NCBI GenBank assembly: GCA_973895155.1 | Contig: OZ316892.1 | Coordinates: 2,855,223-2,919,222, forward strand | Length of the DNA stretch: 64,000 bases | Direction of reading: 5' to 3' | From: Marsupella aquatica | Taxonomy: Eukaryota > Plantae > Marchantiophyta | Part shown: in pieces, positions 52,880 through 64,000 of the stretch | Layout of the letters: every line of letters begins with the position of its first letter | Numbering within the stretch: position 1 is the first letter of the stretch | Program-made: the position numbers and the translations under genes | The notes under the pieces: model-generated | Databases searched by the model: none | Told to the model about the DNA's origin: nothing | The model's input: the letters and a program-made list of their open reading frames with translations, nothing else

Positions 52880-55480
52880 ATAAAGTGAGCGTTGGAACAT
52901 ACATTGGCCCGATAAGGTGAATGTATCATACTACACATTCCATTCCCCGAACGGCCTTCATTCCATGTGCGTAGAACCACAGACAAATTCATAGAGCGTT
53001 GAAACAGAAAACCTTCATTTATTTATCCAAGATTGCTTTCACAAATTGCCCTTCCAAACTACAGATGGTCGACTTCAAAATGGCAGGCCCTAAACAACAT
53101 CAAGGACCACATATATGTAGTCCTTCAGCAACTAAATCAAAACAGGCCCGACCCAAAACAAAATTTGGTCCATCCGGTCACCCAGTCTTTCATGTGTCTC
53201 GTAAAGTTGTGTACCCACTGTGAATATTCTAACAGCCTACAGTAGATCATCGTCATCCAAACCAAATGGAGCATCACTGATAGACGCGGTTGGGCTATTC
53301 AATCGGGCAACAACTTTTTGCAGCTCTGCGGTTTGAGAAGACAAGAAAGTATTTCGTTCCATTATGTCCGTCAATGGTGTGGACCTCCTTTACGCCTGTG
53401 AGAATTGTTGGGATGCAAGGATTGCTTCCGTTTGGTTGGGGGAAAAAGCACCTCGGCTTGGAACATCGTCATCTTCCACAACATCTGCAATGGGGGTCCA
53501 TTGTTTTCGGTCGGAAATAACAGAGGTGTTGTATTCACTTTGGGTTCCGTCATGGTAGGTGGAACATGTACATTGGCATGGCGTGACGGACTTGGCACAT
53601 TGGATGTGGAGGCCTGTAGCAATGGATCCGCAATATTTTTTACTGGGGGGGCCTCCGGGATTGCACCATGTGATAGAGGATCATCGTTTGTGGCCCACCC
53701 TACCTCGTTGGCAAACATCTGGCGTGCCAAATCTGGGAACATTTCAGTGGCCTCCTCATCTAGACAACGTTCTTCATCCTTCCGTGAAGCATCAAACTCG
53801 TCAATGGGCTCATCATCTGAGGTGTCAGTCCACTCTGCCTCCGCTTGAACCTGCACAATAATGGCCAATTCCACACATGAAGGTTTGATTCATTGAAACT
53901 GAACAGGTTTGTGTTTCAACACATTACAATACAATGATCATCGCGGTAATGCATGACCAACTGATTTTAGTAGTGGTTGTTCATCAAATTACCTTCTTCA
54001 ATGCGATATCATCACTACAAGAGTTAGACTTCTTATACATGGCCACGATGTTAGGTATGTAAGCCTGAACCGCCTTGGGCTTACGATCTGCCTTCCAAAT
54101 TGCATACTCCTTGCCCTGAGTCTGAAAACGTGGCCACCCATGCTCCTCTTCCCATAGTAGACTGTCGCGCTTGGTACGCATCCAGTTCAGAGCATCGTTA
54201 CACAGGTCTGCCCGATGCAGTGCCATGGCATCATGGATTTCAACAGACTCAATTGATGCATCAACTGGTTCAAAGAAATTCCTCACTACTGTAGCACTTC
54301 GGATCAGTCTTCCACTTTGAAACTCATCTAATTCTGCAAATGCACTATCTTTAATATCAAATAAAGCTCTGCTGGTCCATGACAATACATGGTGAATTTG
54401 GGCTTTGCAAAACCAGGGCCTGCAAGCGAGCCCAATCACGATCATTGGTCAGACTGTCCCACACGTGGAAGTCGAGTTTGGGCATCATAAACTGAAAGAA
54501 AATTAAGAACATGTTTTGAGATGGAACTGTTGGTGGGGGGTTCTGTAAACGGTTTTGTTCAAACCGGGTGACAAACTTGCTTTGCGTCGTTGCCCTGCAA
54601 CACAGACATACAATAAGCCACGGTGCATGGTCAGATGCTAGATGGGACAGATCAATTGCTTCTGAAAAACACAGTGACCGTGGGGAGTGAAGCGTTCAAC
54701 GTAGAAAGGCACATACTTCACCCTTCTTTTGGCCATGCTCCAACGTTGTCTCAATGTCCCTCTCACATTGTAGTAATTGGGCGAGCATTCAGCCCCTGGC
54801 TGCTTCCGCCGTGCAACATTCCTTGCCTCATGTTGTTGCTGTGCAACAACGTCTCTAGTATACAGTGACCGAGGGGTCCCTTCACTAATCAGACCATGCT
54901 TCTTGAAAACATGGTAATCGTATGTGCGAAGGTTTTTGAAAGGCACATTCTTACAAGGCAACGTCTTGCACACAGAGCCATTAAAGTATCAAGAGAAATG
55001 AACTCCCTCTTTAGCCTAGCTTGGATGTGACTGTTGATTCCTGTTCACAAGTGTAAGAAATGGTGAATACCACTACACAATTGCAATTGTACAAGAAACA
55101 CACGTAAATAACTCATAAATTAAATCACGTACAAACATGAAGACAGTGTGGATCCCTTCTTACAAATTTGCACATAGCACATGGTTCAGGCAATGCTGCA
55201 CATTCACACACATGTGCAGGCTTCTGGTCCAAAGTCCCCGCTGGAGATAGTAGGTCTGGAGATACGCGGTAGGGAGTGCGGGCCCCTGTCTTGGGGGTTG
55301 GATCAGACTCCTCTGCATCATTGTTGGATGCATCTATGTCTACATATTTCACCTGTGCCTTGCCTTTTGTTTCGGTAAATCGGGGCTGTTCATTATACTG
55401 AACCCCAACCTTAGCTTGTCGTGGAGTGAACCTGCTGGATGGAACAGGGTTCGGCAGTTTCCTTTTCTTCCCACTTCTAC
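52880..55480 (-). pseudogene. Decayed multi-exon gene of unknown function convergent with the MULE transposase, cut at its 5' side by the CACTA insertion
   Basis: Long ORFs 55125-55352, 54638-54973, 53984-54445 and 53371-53874 with splice-like borders (tgtgcag|gttcaagcg; aag|gtaatt). Cys/His cluster CECAALPEPCAMC and CKTLPCK...H...KH. Confidence 0.55.
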
Positions 55481-55977
55481 CACTAGTAGAAATACCCCCT
55501 ATTTTTGACCATAAAATACGACTGACTATGACTAAAACCGGTCATCTATGACATTAAATCACTGACGTCGTTCTTGCAACTAGTAGTCGTAAAAGTGGTG
55601 ACTTGGATTGACTTAGTCATATTATTGACTAGTGTCAATAGTCTTTTTAGTGACTAGAGGGTCAAGTATTTAGATCTATACATCAGTCAAACATAAGTGT
55701 TTAGAATGACTTAGTTCAAGTCATATAGGGTTTTCCATGAGTGATTGGTAACACTGATTTGACCGCACTAGTTTCCGTAGACAATGATGTCATTCATATT
55801 CGAGACTGAGTCATTCATGCCACAAAAGCACCAATCCAACTAACAATGGCATAATAACAGAGTAAAAATATGAGCAATCCATCAAAAAACAGAGTATTAC
55901 CCAACATCATGTACTCAAAATTGTGGCCATATATTGAAACAATCCTTCACATTTGAGTCTCAAATTGTACTTGGTAC

Positions 55978-58852
55978 CTAACACTCTACAAATTTCTTTG
56001 GCCACATCACAAATAATTCCACAGCATCCACAAGATGGATGTGTGGCGGATCATCTCCCTTGTTTGGAAAGGGTAGAAGATATTTTGGCTTACTGACAAC
56101 AGTCAGTAACAACACAACATGATCGATCAGCAAGTACCTTCTTTCCATGGAAAGTACTTGCTTCAATTTGAAGTATGCCGGTCCCAACACAAACACCAGA
56201 ATTATCAGTTGCCATTAGCCTAGAAGACTGTGCTACAGTGGTCACTGCTGTCCCTTTTGGAGAATTAATATTCCTCTTCTTCTTTGGTGCCTTGTAAAGC
56301 AAAGTTTCCTTCCACTGTTTCTGGTCCTCATCTTTCCCATGTTCACCAGTGGTGGGGATTGAGAAAACTCATCTCCAATACCTGGGGGAGGCTGAGAGTC
56401 TATGAAAACCACATCATTCTCATCACTTTGCTTCTCTTGTGAATCTGAAAATTTGGTAGCCTCTAAGTTTTGTCTCCTCTTCCTGCCTGCTAGATTTGGC
56501 ATGCGTACCTCCTCCTGTGTTGGCTCTGTACCTCAATAGCAGCCACAAATTCCTTCATTAACAACTAAGCATATTTGCACTAAAGCTCTCAACAACCATC
56601 AAGTTTGCACTAATTGAACATACATCGCATAGATACTCAACCACATTAATAGGCCAGACAGAGGATTCAAACCAACATTTACTTACTCTCAATGATAGTT
56701 GTACCAGGTTCGATGATCTTTGGATCTGCTACAGCCACTGCAATTTGATCACCTGATGCACAATGTAACAAACCTTGAGGATCTAGAACCTGAACCTGAA
56801 CCATCCTGCACCCATGAACCTCAAATTCCCAGGTAAAGTCACGGTACACTAAACATGATTTCAGATGACACATACCACTCTTCTTTGTAGGCACAACTTC
56901 CTCAATATTTGCAGGCTCATGTAATGGATGTGCAATTGGGTGCTCAACCCTGCCAGCAATGTGCATCGCCCGCAACTCACGTAATTCAGTTTGTACTTCC
57001 CTTAAGGTTGATCCTTGGCTTTGAAGAAGACTGGCTATGTCCTTGAATTGACTCTTCATCTCAGTCTCGACTGATGGCCAAGCATTCTCCACAGTCTTCA
57101 ACCGGTCTGATATCTATGTAAGGGTAGACACTGCTCCCTGCTATATATGACATACACCAACCAAACGGCTCTTCTCAGCAATTTTACAATTGCATAAGGG
57201 CTGACAGTAATGTGCATCTAAAGAAAGATTGTACAACAGATTGTCCATCAATAATGCTCCTAAATTACCTGTTTAGATCCAACGCTGCCTCATCACACTT
57301 TAACCTTTTGATTTCTACCACAACCTCCTCTTTTGTGGGTTTCTCTCCAGTAAGCTTTTTCTGGAGCACATAAACATTGCAAGACACGTTTCTCAATGTC
57401 AATCTTGCCTAAACGTACCATGCTGCTACAACTACATACAGTCAACTCCAATATTGAAATGTAAATACAGATTTGTATGGCATGGGAACCCAACCAATTT
57501 GGCTACTACTGGTGCATGTCCTCCCCTCCCTGTAAGCGTAGGATTCTTCACTACATTTCTAGCATCAATCATTTGTGCAAAATTCTCCTGTCCTGCCCTA
57601 GACAAGAATGTCCCTCCCAGTCGAGCCCATTGTTCTACATGAACACTTGGGGGTGCTTCAGCATGTGGTTTACTGCCATCAACAATCCATGCTTTGTGCA
57701 ATCGATGCCTCTCTGTTTTCATGATAGTCCATACTCTGCAAGACAATCAGCTGACCCCTTTCCCAGAATTCCCCAAATATTCCCATTTATCTCGCATATA
57801 TTTGCAAACCAGTTCCCAGTCAGATGGATGTTGACAATTAAAGTTAGTACAGCTAATGTCCAACCATCGTAGACACTCCATTCGCAGGTCATTGTGCCAT
57901 CTATTCTTTCCAGCACTCATCGTTGTGATCCGGCCTTCATCATCAACTTCGACAGTACCCAACTTCACATTCTCACCTCTCCCAATGCTCCCTGATGCAC
58001 TACTTGGTGTTGCAAATCTAGGAGTTCCTCCCCCATGGCCTGCGCAGGGTGTGATAGGGTTATTTGAAAAGAGAAACGCAATTAACACCATTAATATCAT
58101 ATGGTCTCTGTGAATTACCTGATTTAAATACTTTACTTACAATTGCCGTAGAAAATACCTCCTCCCCTCCGCAGAGTCTCTGTCGGTTGGATTGAAGGTG
58201 CTGGTGCTGGTGCTGGTGCTGGTGCTGGTGCTGGTGCTGGGTTCCCACCATACCCACCATAACCTTGCCATCCTATCCCCATTGGATGAGGACCTCCCAT
58301 GAATTGCCCCGATGGCCCCATTGACCCTCCTTCATACATATTTGTGGGCTGTATACGGTCCCACATTGGACTTACATCAAACCAGGCAAATTGTCATACT
58401 CAGACCCACATCTATTGAGGAACACAAGTAGCCAATTGCAGCTCAAAATACACTTGTCCACATTCATGAAACAAATTCAAATGTTCACACTTACTTGGCC
58501 AAGTAGGACCCATATAGCTGGCAGAAGGGCCTACACCCATAGACCCGCCATAGTTATTGCCCCCCTATCGTGCTTGCGGCCAATTATAGTTGGGGGCATT
58601 AAATTGCGGGTTATTGCAATTGTTGTTGCTCGGGGCTTGGGCTGAGTATACAGAGGGCGTTGGTCGAGATCTCATAGAAGTTCCCCCAGTTGCCTTACTG
58701 CAAGCAGGCTTTGGTGGAGGGGTAGGATTTGGCATGTCATCATCCGATGACATGCTAGCACTTGCATTCGGATCTTGGTCAGGATCATATTCTGTATCAC
58801 CACCATTAGGCATGCAATCCTCTACCTCATTCTTATCAGGAGATTCAGCCAT
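55978..58852 (-). pseudogene. CACTA TnpA-like accessory gene (Ptta/En/Spm type), multi-exon, decayed
   Basis: Pro/Gly-rich N-terminus, WELVCKYMRDKWEY, MKTERHRL...PPSVHVEQWARL...ARNVVKNPTLTGRGGH, coiled coil, C-terminal LPFPNKGDDPP...DAVELFVMWP. Confidence 0.75.
58196..58240. repeat. (TGCTGG)n hexamer encoding (PA)n in the TnpA-like gene
   Basis: About 7 units read directly. Confidence 0.92.
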
Positions 58853-59086
58853 TGAAATAGGGGTCTTTGAAGTCAACCTCTCACTGCATCGCCTAGGTCT
58901 GTCAGGATTACAAAAGGTCTTCTGTCTACAATGACTCCGCTTCGACAGTGTTGGGATACTTTTGTTACCGCAACACCCACATGAAATTCGACACAAGTTA
59001 TGAATGTAGTAGTCCATTACAAAAGCTACACAATGAACAGACGCACACAACGACATACGCATACAACTCATACTATGCACAGTCCC

Positions 59087-62000
59087 TTACATATCCAAAA
59101 TAGCCTCTTGCACATCACCCAACAGGGCTGCGGCACATTGCTGAACCCATGCTCGGTGTTTGACAGCTTGCTTCTCATACTCACACATGCCATTTTTGTC
59201 TGGCATCCTACTCACCAAGTTATTGCGGTTGCACAAACAAGTCATCCATTTATTGCTCATATTTGCTACTCATTGCACTTCAAAGAGTCACCTACTCACA
59301 ACAAAACATATCCATCTACTCATCATCTTCGTCCATCTCAACTTCAACCTCTCCCTCATAAGTCTGTCTCACTGTCAAGGGGATGTACTCCCTGGTCCCC
59401 TGGCCCCGATGTACAATGCCTACTGCCGGCTGTTCAAAGGCCCCATGTGCATCCAAACTGAACTCTATTTTAGTACCCTCCATCCTTCGAACTCTAGGTG
59501 AGCTATGGCAGACTACACGCCAACCACGAGACTCCTCCACATCTTAAAAAAAAACTTGCTCAACTTGACTTGGGAACACAAAAGGCTCCATCCATTCTGC
59601 CAGTCTTTGGTTAAAATTGACCTTTAGAAAGCCATCCATATCCCGTTTCATGGTCGCTCTTGGCCCATGCCAATCTGGCTTCACCCATGAACCTTTCATT
59701 AGCATGATTTGTTGTGATGTGTTCCCATAATTCAGTGCCCAGATGTCTGCCAACTCCCCGACATATCCCATCTCCATGCAGCCCCTGTTGTTCTAAGCAT
59801 CTATATGCTCAAACACACATATTACCCCCGAATTATATGTCACTAAATGCTTGTCCTCGTCATCATGCACACGGTACTGATTCCCATATGCTTTCATCCA
59901 TTTATACCGCTGTACAATATGTCTGGGAGGCACAGACAAGAGGAGAACATCTCTATCCATGTTTGGGTTCCGCCTGCTATGCTCTCAAATTGTTGTCCTG
60001 ATCCACTCAGGAAAAGTAGGGAATGCCTGGTGATTTAACCCTAATTGGGGGGCCTTCTGCACATTATATTCCCTGCATACAATGATGACAATGAGAACAA
60101 TTTCTCAATACAATGTACATATCCTACCAAAATGGATATGAATAAAGAAGGAATGCAGGGAGGGTGCGGAAACATGAGTACTCACTGCCACCAAGGTTGC
60201 ATCATGATTGTATTGTGTAACACATATAAGTGTGCTACATCACAAACTTCTGCAGACAATTGCAAGGAAGTAAAAGTGCCTTGAAGAACCTCTCCAGCCA
60301 CCCCCTCTTCTTCCTCAACATCCCACACCCTGCTCGTAACACTGTCTACACCAGCCATGTATTCTGTTAGGAACCCCAAGGTCTCTTCTTGAATGTAACC
60401 GAGAGCCATGGTTGCTTCAGGCCTGTAATAAGTACGTACATGGCCTTTTAGCAACTTCATGTACCGTTCCATTGGATACATCCACCTTGTACTCACTGGG
60501 CCATAGTGGCCCAGATCTTCAACCGCATGGATGATCAAATGAGTCATGACATCAAAAAATACTGGCGGGAAATAGATCTCCAAGTCACAAAGCACACGCA
60601 CAGTATCTGCCTTTAATTGAGGAAATGTTGTAGGGTCCCACACCTTCACACAAATACGGCGAAAGATCTGACACAATCTCAAAATGACATTGCGAACTGG
60701 TTTTTGCATCAATCCCCTCAAACATACTGGTAGAATGTCTTGCATCATAACATGGAAGTCATGAGTTTTCATGCTTCCCAACTTCTTCTTCCTTATATGC
60801 TTTGCAAAGGCTCCAGCATACCCAAAGGGTACTCTGAACGAACTCAGCCTAGACAAAACTATGTTCCACTCATTCTGGGTGCAAACATATGGAGCTTGGT
60901 ACTTGAATACCACACCCGGCCTATTTTGGGATTCTTGCAGCCAAAGTTGAGGACGAATGCCCTTCTCCTGAAGGTCCTTTCGTACTGCTGCAGTATCGTT
61001 GTCCCCTGACAAAAACTTCAAAAGACTTTCGCATACATTTTTCTCAATGTGCATTACATCAATGTTATGTTTGCTTGGTTCAAAATCCTGCACCCATGAA
61101 GTACGTATGATTGCCACAATTAGGTTCACTAGACATAATAACTAAAAACTATTGTGAATAGGTTCACTGAGTACAAGTGAATATGCAAATGTTACCTTCC
61201 AATACTCCAATGATGTGTCCATGATTGTCTGCCTTTTGATGCCATGCATGAGTCTTTGCTGGGTTGTTTGGCACGTCTCTAGAAGCACCATATTCATCAT
61301 AAGACACCTTGTTCAGTCCCCACTGCAGAAGTTGATCTCTACTAACCAACAGAGGAGACTCTCAAAGCTCCCTCTGGTTGTTGAAGCGGGCTATGTGCGA
61401 TGGCCTGTGCCTGAAAGGGTGGTCGGCAGGAAGATATCGCCTGTGGCCCATGAATTTGATACTGCCCAAGGAAGCGGACCGTTCAGATGTAACATCTGGG
61501 CCACATCGTGTGCAACCCAGATATCCCTTCCCTACCTGCCCAGATATCATGCTATGTCCAGGGTAGTCTGCTATCGAATTAACACACATTGCACGTAGGT
61601 TGAATGTCCTCGGTCTACCAGGTCCACAAAGTGCATCAACTATCATAACTCCATGTGTCCATAGAATAACCCATTCCTCCACAGCAGGGGCCAACCAAAC
61701 ATCTATGTTTGCACTTATAGCAGAGTTTCGGCCGGGAATCATAAGATACAAGATCACAAAAAAACGCTTGGTGGATATCCAAGGCGGGAGATTATAATTT
61801 ATCAAAGTCACTGGCTAGCAAGAATACACGTTGTTCTTGTCTCCAAATGGATTAGCACCGTCGAGGCTTAGACCAAACCTCACATTTCTGCTCTCTGTTG
61901 CAAAGTCCGGCCACTTCTCATCTATGTGTTCCAATGGTTGGAATCTCCAACATGACGTTGCAAACCATCTGTACTCTTGTGATCAGAGGTCCAAGTCATC

Positions 62001-63027
62001 ATCTTAGAAATGGATGGACACCTATAGAGGCGCTGCAATCTTGGAATGAGAGGGAAATGCCGTAGGACCTTAGCAGGTTGAGTTGACTTCCCCACGTTCT
62101 TATATCTGTGCTTTCCACAGATAGGGCAGGATAGGCAATCAGCATATTCTTTTCTGAAAAGTACATGGCCATTTGGGCATGCATGGATGGACACATAATT
62201 CAAACCAAGTTTGCTCATCACCTTCTTTGCCTCATACATGTTCTTAGGAGCAATGTTTCCAGCGGGTAGTACTGTCCTCTGTAGGAACATCAACAACTCT
62301 GTTACACATATGTTGGGCAGACGGTGACATCCACATATATTGAGGAACATCACTATGAACCCTAGTTTGGAGCAATTTGCACCACCATACAATGGGGACG
62401 TAGCTTCCTCCAAGTAGGCCCCAGCTCCCAAGAATTGACCATCATCTCCAACTCCTTCTCCAATGTCAAACTCTTCTTGGTCCGACGGGCCTGCACCATG
62501 CATGTTTGCTTCTTTGTCCCCCTATGCCTCTGCATCTTCATAAAGTGCATCCAGGTCTTCAAAAATGTCCGAAACCATCCTAGGAACATCTGCCCCGTCC
62601 TCATTAGAAGTCTCGGGACCTCCCTGTGGAACATACTCATCTTCGGCATTGTTACCTGCATGACCAGTGACGTTATGAAAGAATGCAGAGCGTCTTGCTG
62701 TATTCACATTTTCAAAATCTGCCCTCCATTCATCATCCGATGAATCCTCTTCCTCTGGCACATTCCACACCCTGCGGACTGGATGTCTTCCATGCCTTTG
62801 AAGATGAGAATGCACTTGGTTCAGGGTCATCGAGTGGTATCCTCGACATTGCATGCAGGGGCATCTCATCCGGGCATTTCTGCCCGGCTTGCTCTAAGCA
62901 CCTCTCTATTCCACAACTTGGAGTCATGACGTGCAATCCTCAGTGGGTGATGCAAAGGGAGTCGCAGTTCATTGGTATGTGTCTGATTCCTTTGCCCCAA
63001 CTGTCCATCCTCATTTGCCTGATCCAT
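59087..63027 (-). pseudogene. CACTA TnpD transposase, with stops and frameshifts
   Basis: RCPCMQC..HL.RHG, IHACPNGHVLF...CPICG, KVLRHFPLIPRLQRLY, RNVRFGLSLDGANPF, YNLPPW, IDVMHIEKNVCESL, KTHDFHVMMQ, FFDVMTHL, GPVSTRWMYPMERYM, EPFVFPSQVEQVFF. Confidence 0.95.
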
Positions 63028-63438
63028 ACCTTCAATTGTCGTAGGCACACCTTGGCTATGTACCCTTTGCACTAGACAGGCTTATACAATTGCATATTCT
63101 AAGTACATGGAGGGACACATGCAAGTTTCATGAAGGAAATATCACAGACACGGTGTACACTCACTATCAAGTCCGCTCTGTGCTGGCGCTTGACCTGCTC
63201 ACGTATCATCTGCTCACTGCAGGCAGCAACATCATAACAAACTTGCTATAATCAGTGAGGTGCTTGGTCGTTGACCAATCAATGGTACAACGTACATCAT
63301 ACACTGCCATACATCTCCAAATGCAAAACCCAGACATTTGGAGGATGAAAAGGAGTAATGTCTTATAGACCAAAAATAACACACAAAACTTTATTTCAAA
63401 AATGTAATCGTCTAGCATACAGACAGTTGAGACCTTAC

Positions 63439-63993
63439 TTCTTCATAATCATTAGGGCTAACAGAATCATACGCACTATCAGAAAACTCTTCATCCGTGG
63501 TCTGGAACTCAGAAGTAACATATTCTGGGTCGTCATAGGGAATGAATGGCTTTGCTGGCCATACTTCATTTAAATCAAATTTATGCTCATCCAATCGCAT
63601 ATTTTCCGAAAGTGACTGCCTGACCCATTCAGGGCAGACCACACGCAGCCCATGTGCGATGAGCCATCATACCACAGACTTTCCATACTCTCGGCATGCC
63701 TTAGAATATGAATGAGCAATGACATGGGTGGTCTCATTAGTGAGCTTCTCAATCACTGTACCACCTCTTCTACTGATCTCCCTCTTGAAACGACAGACCC
63801 TATATGGCTTGATAGACTTGTCAAGTATAACAGCCCTCACACCTCTGAACATTGTACAGTCTGGGATGGGTTCTGTCTCATATGGGATAATGTTGTTGTA
63901 TACTTTTGTGATCTGGTCAATAGACGGAACCCTACTCCCACCTCTCCCTGCAATTCTACGAGCCTTGTGCCAATCTCGACTATCTTTCATCAT
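63439..63993 (-). pseudogene. BRCT-domain exon (DNA polymerase lambda-like) upstream of TnpD, one in-frame TGA
   Basis: MFRGVRAVIL...FKREISRRGGTVIEKLTNETTHVIA...*WLIAHGLRVVCPEWVRQSLSENMRLDEHKFDL has the F.G / GG / THV / W...S hallmarks of BRCT. ORFs 63667-63993 and 63412-63642 are co-frame. GTAAGG donor at 63438. Confidence 0.82.
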
Positions 63994-64000
63994 TTGGACG

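Larger units (their letters stand above)
55481..64000 (-). mobile_element. CACTA (En/Spm) transposon, 3' TIR at 55481, continuing beyond the window
   Basis: CACTAGTAGAAA terminus, gact/agtc subterminal repeats to ~55760, TnpA-like and TnpD genes. Expected 3-bp TSD is TAC. Confidence 0.93.

Overview
This is eukaryotic, intron-rich nuclear DNA from a land plant that still makes flagellated sperm (bryophyte/lycophyte/fern grade; inferred from an intact DRC3 gene plus plant-type kinase and transposons). The left half holds two intact minus-strand genes reconstructed exon by exon. One is DRC3/LRRC48 (14 exons, 523 aa, 22698->4374), with a U12-type AT-AC intron and a 12.2-kb repeat-filled last intron. 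The other is a cytoplasmic LRR/EDR1-like/Ser-Thr kinase (11 exons, 1302 aa, 31710->24734). The 34-44 kb interval is a mosaic of gene fragments and repeats: an RNase H1 hybrid-binding-domain relic, a long foldback, a partial kinase duplicate carrying a TTAA-targeted MITE, and a templated insertion. The right third is a transposon nest: a decayed MULE/SWIM transposase flanked by unknown genes and split by a one-ended CACTA fragment, then a large CACTA (TnpA + TnpD) running off the window. That CACTA has a DNA polymerase lambda-like BRCT domain directly upstream of TnpD, the strongest candidate for an undescribed system. All family assignments come from motif recognition by eye; no database searches were run.
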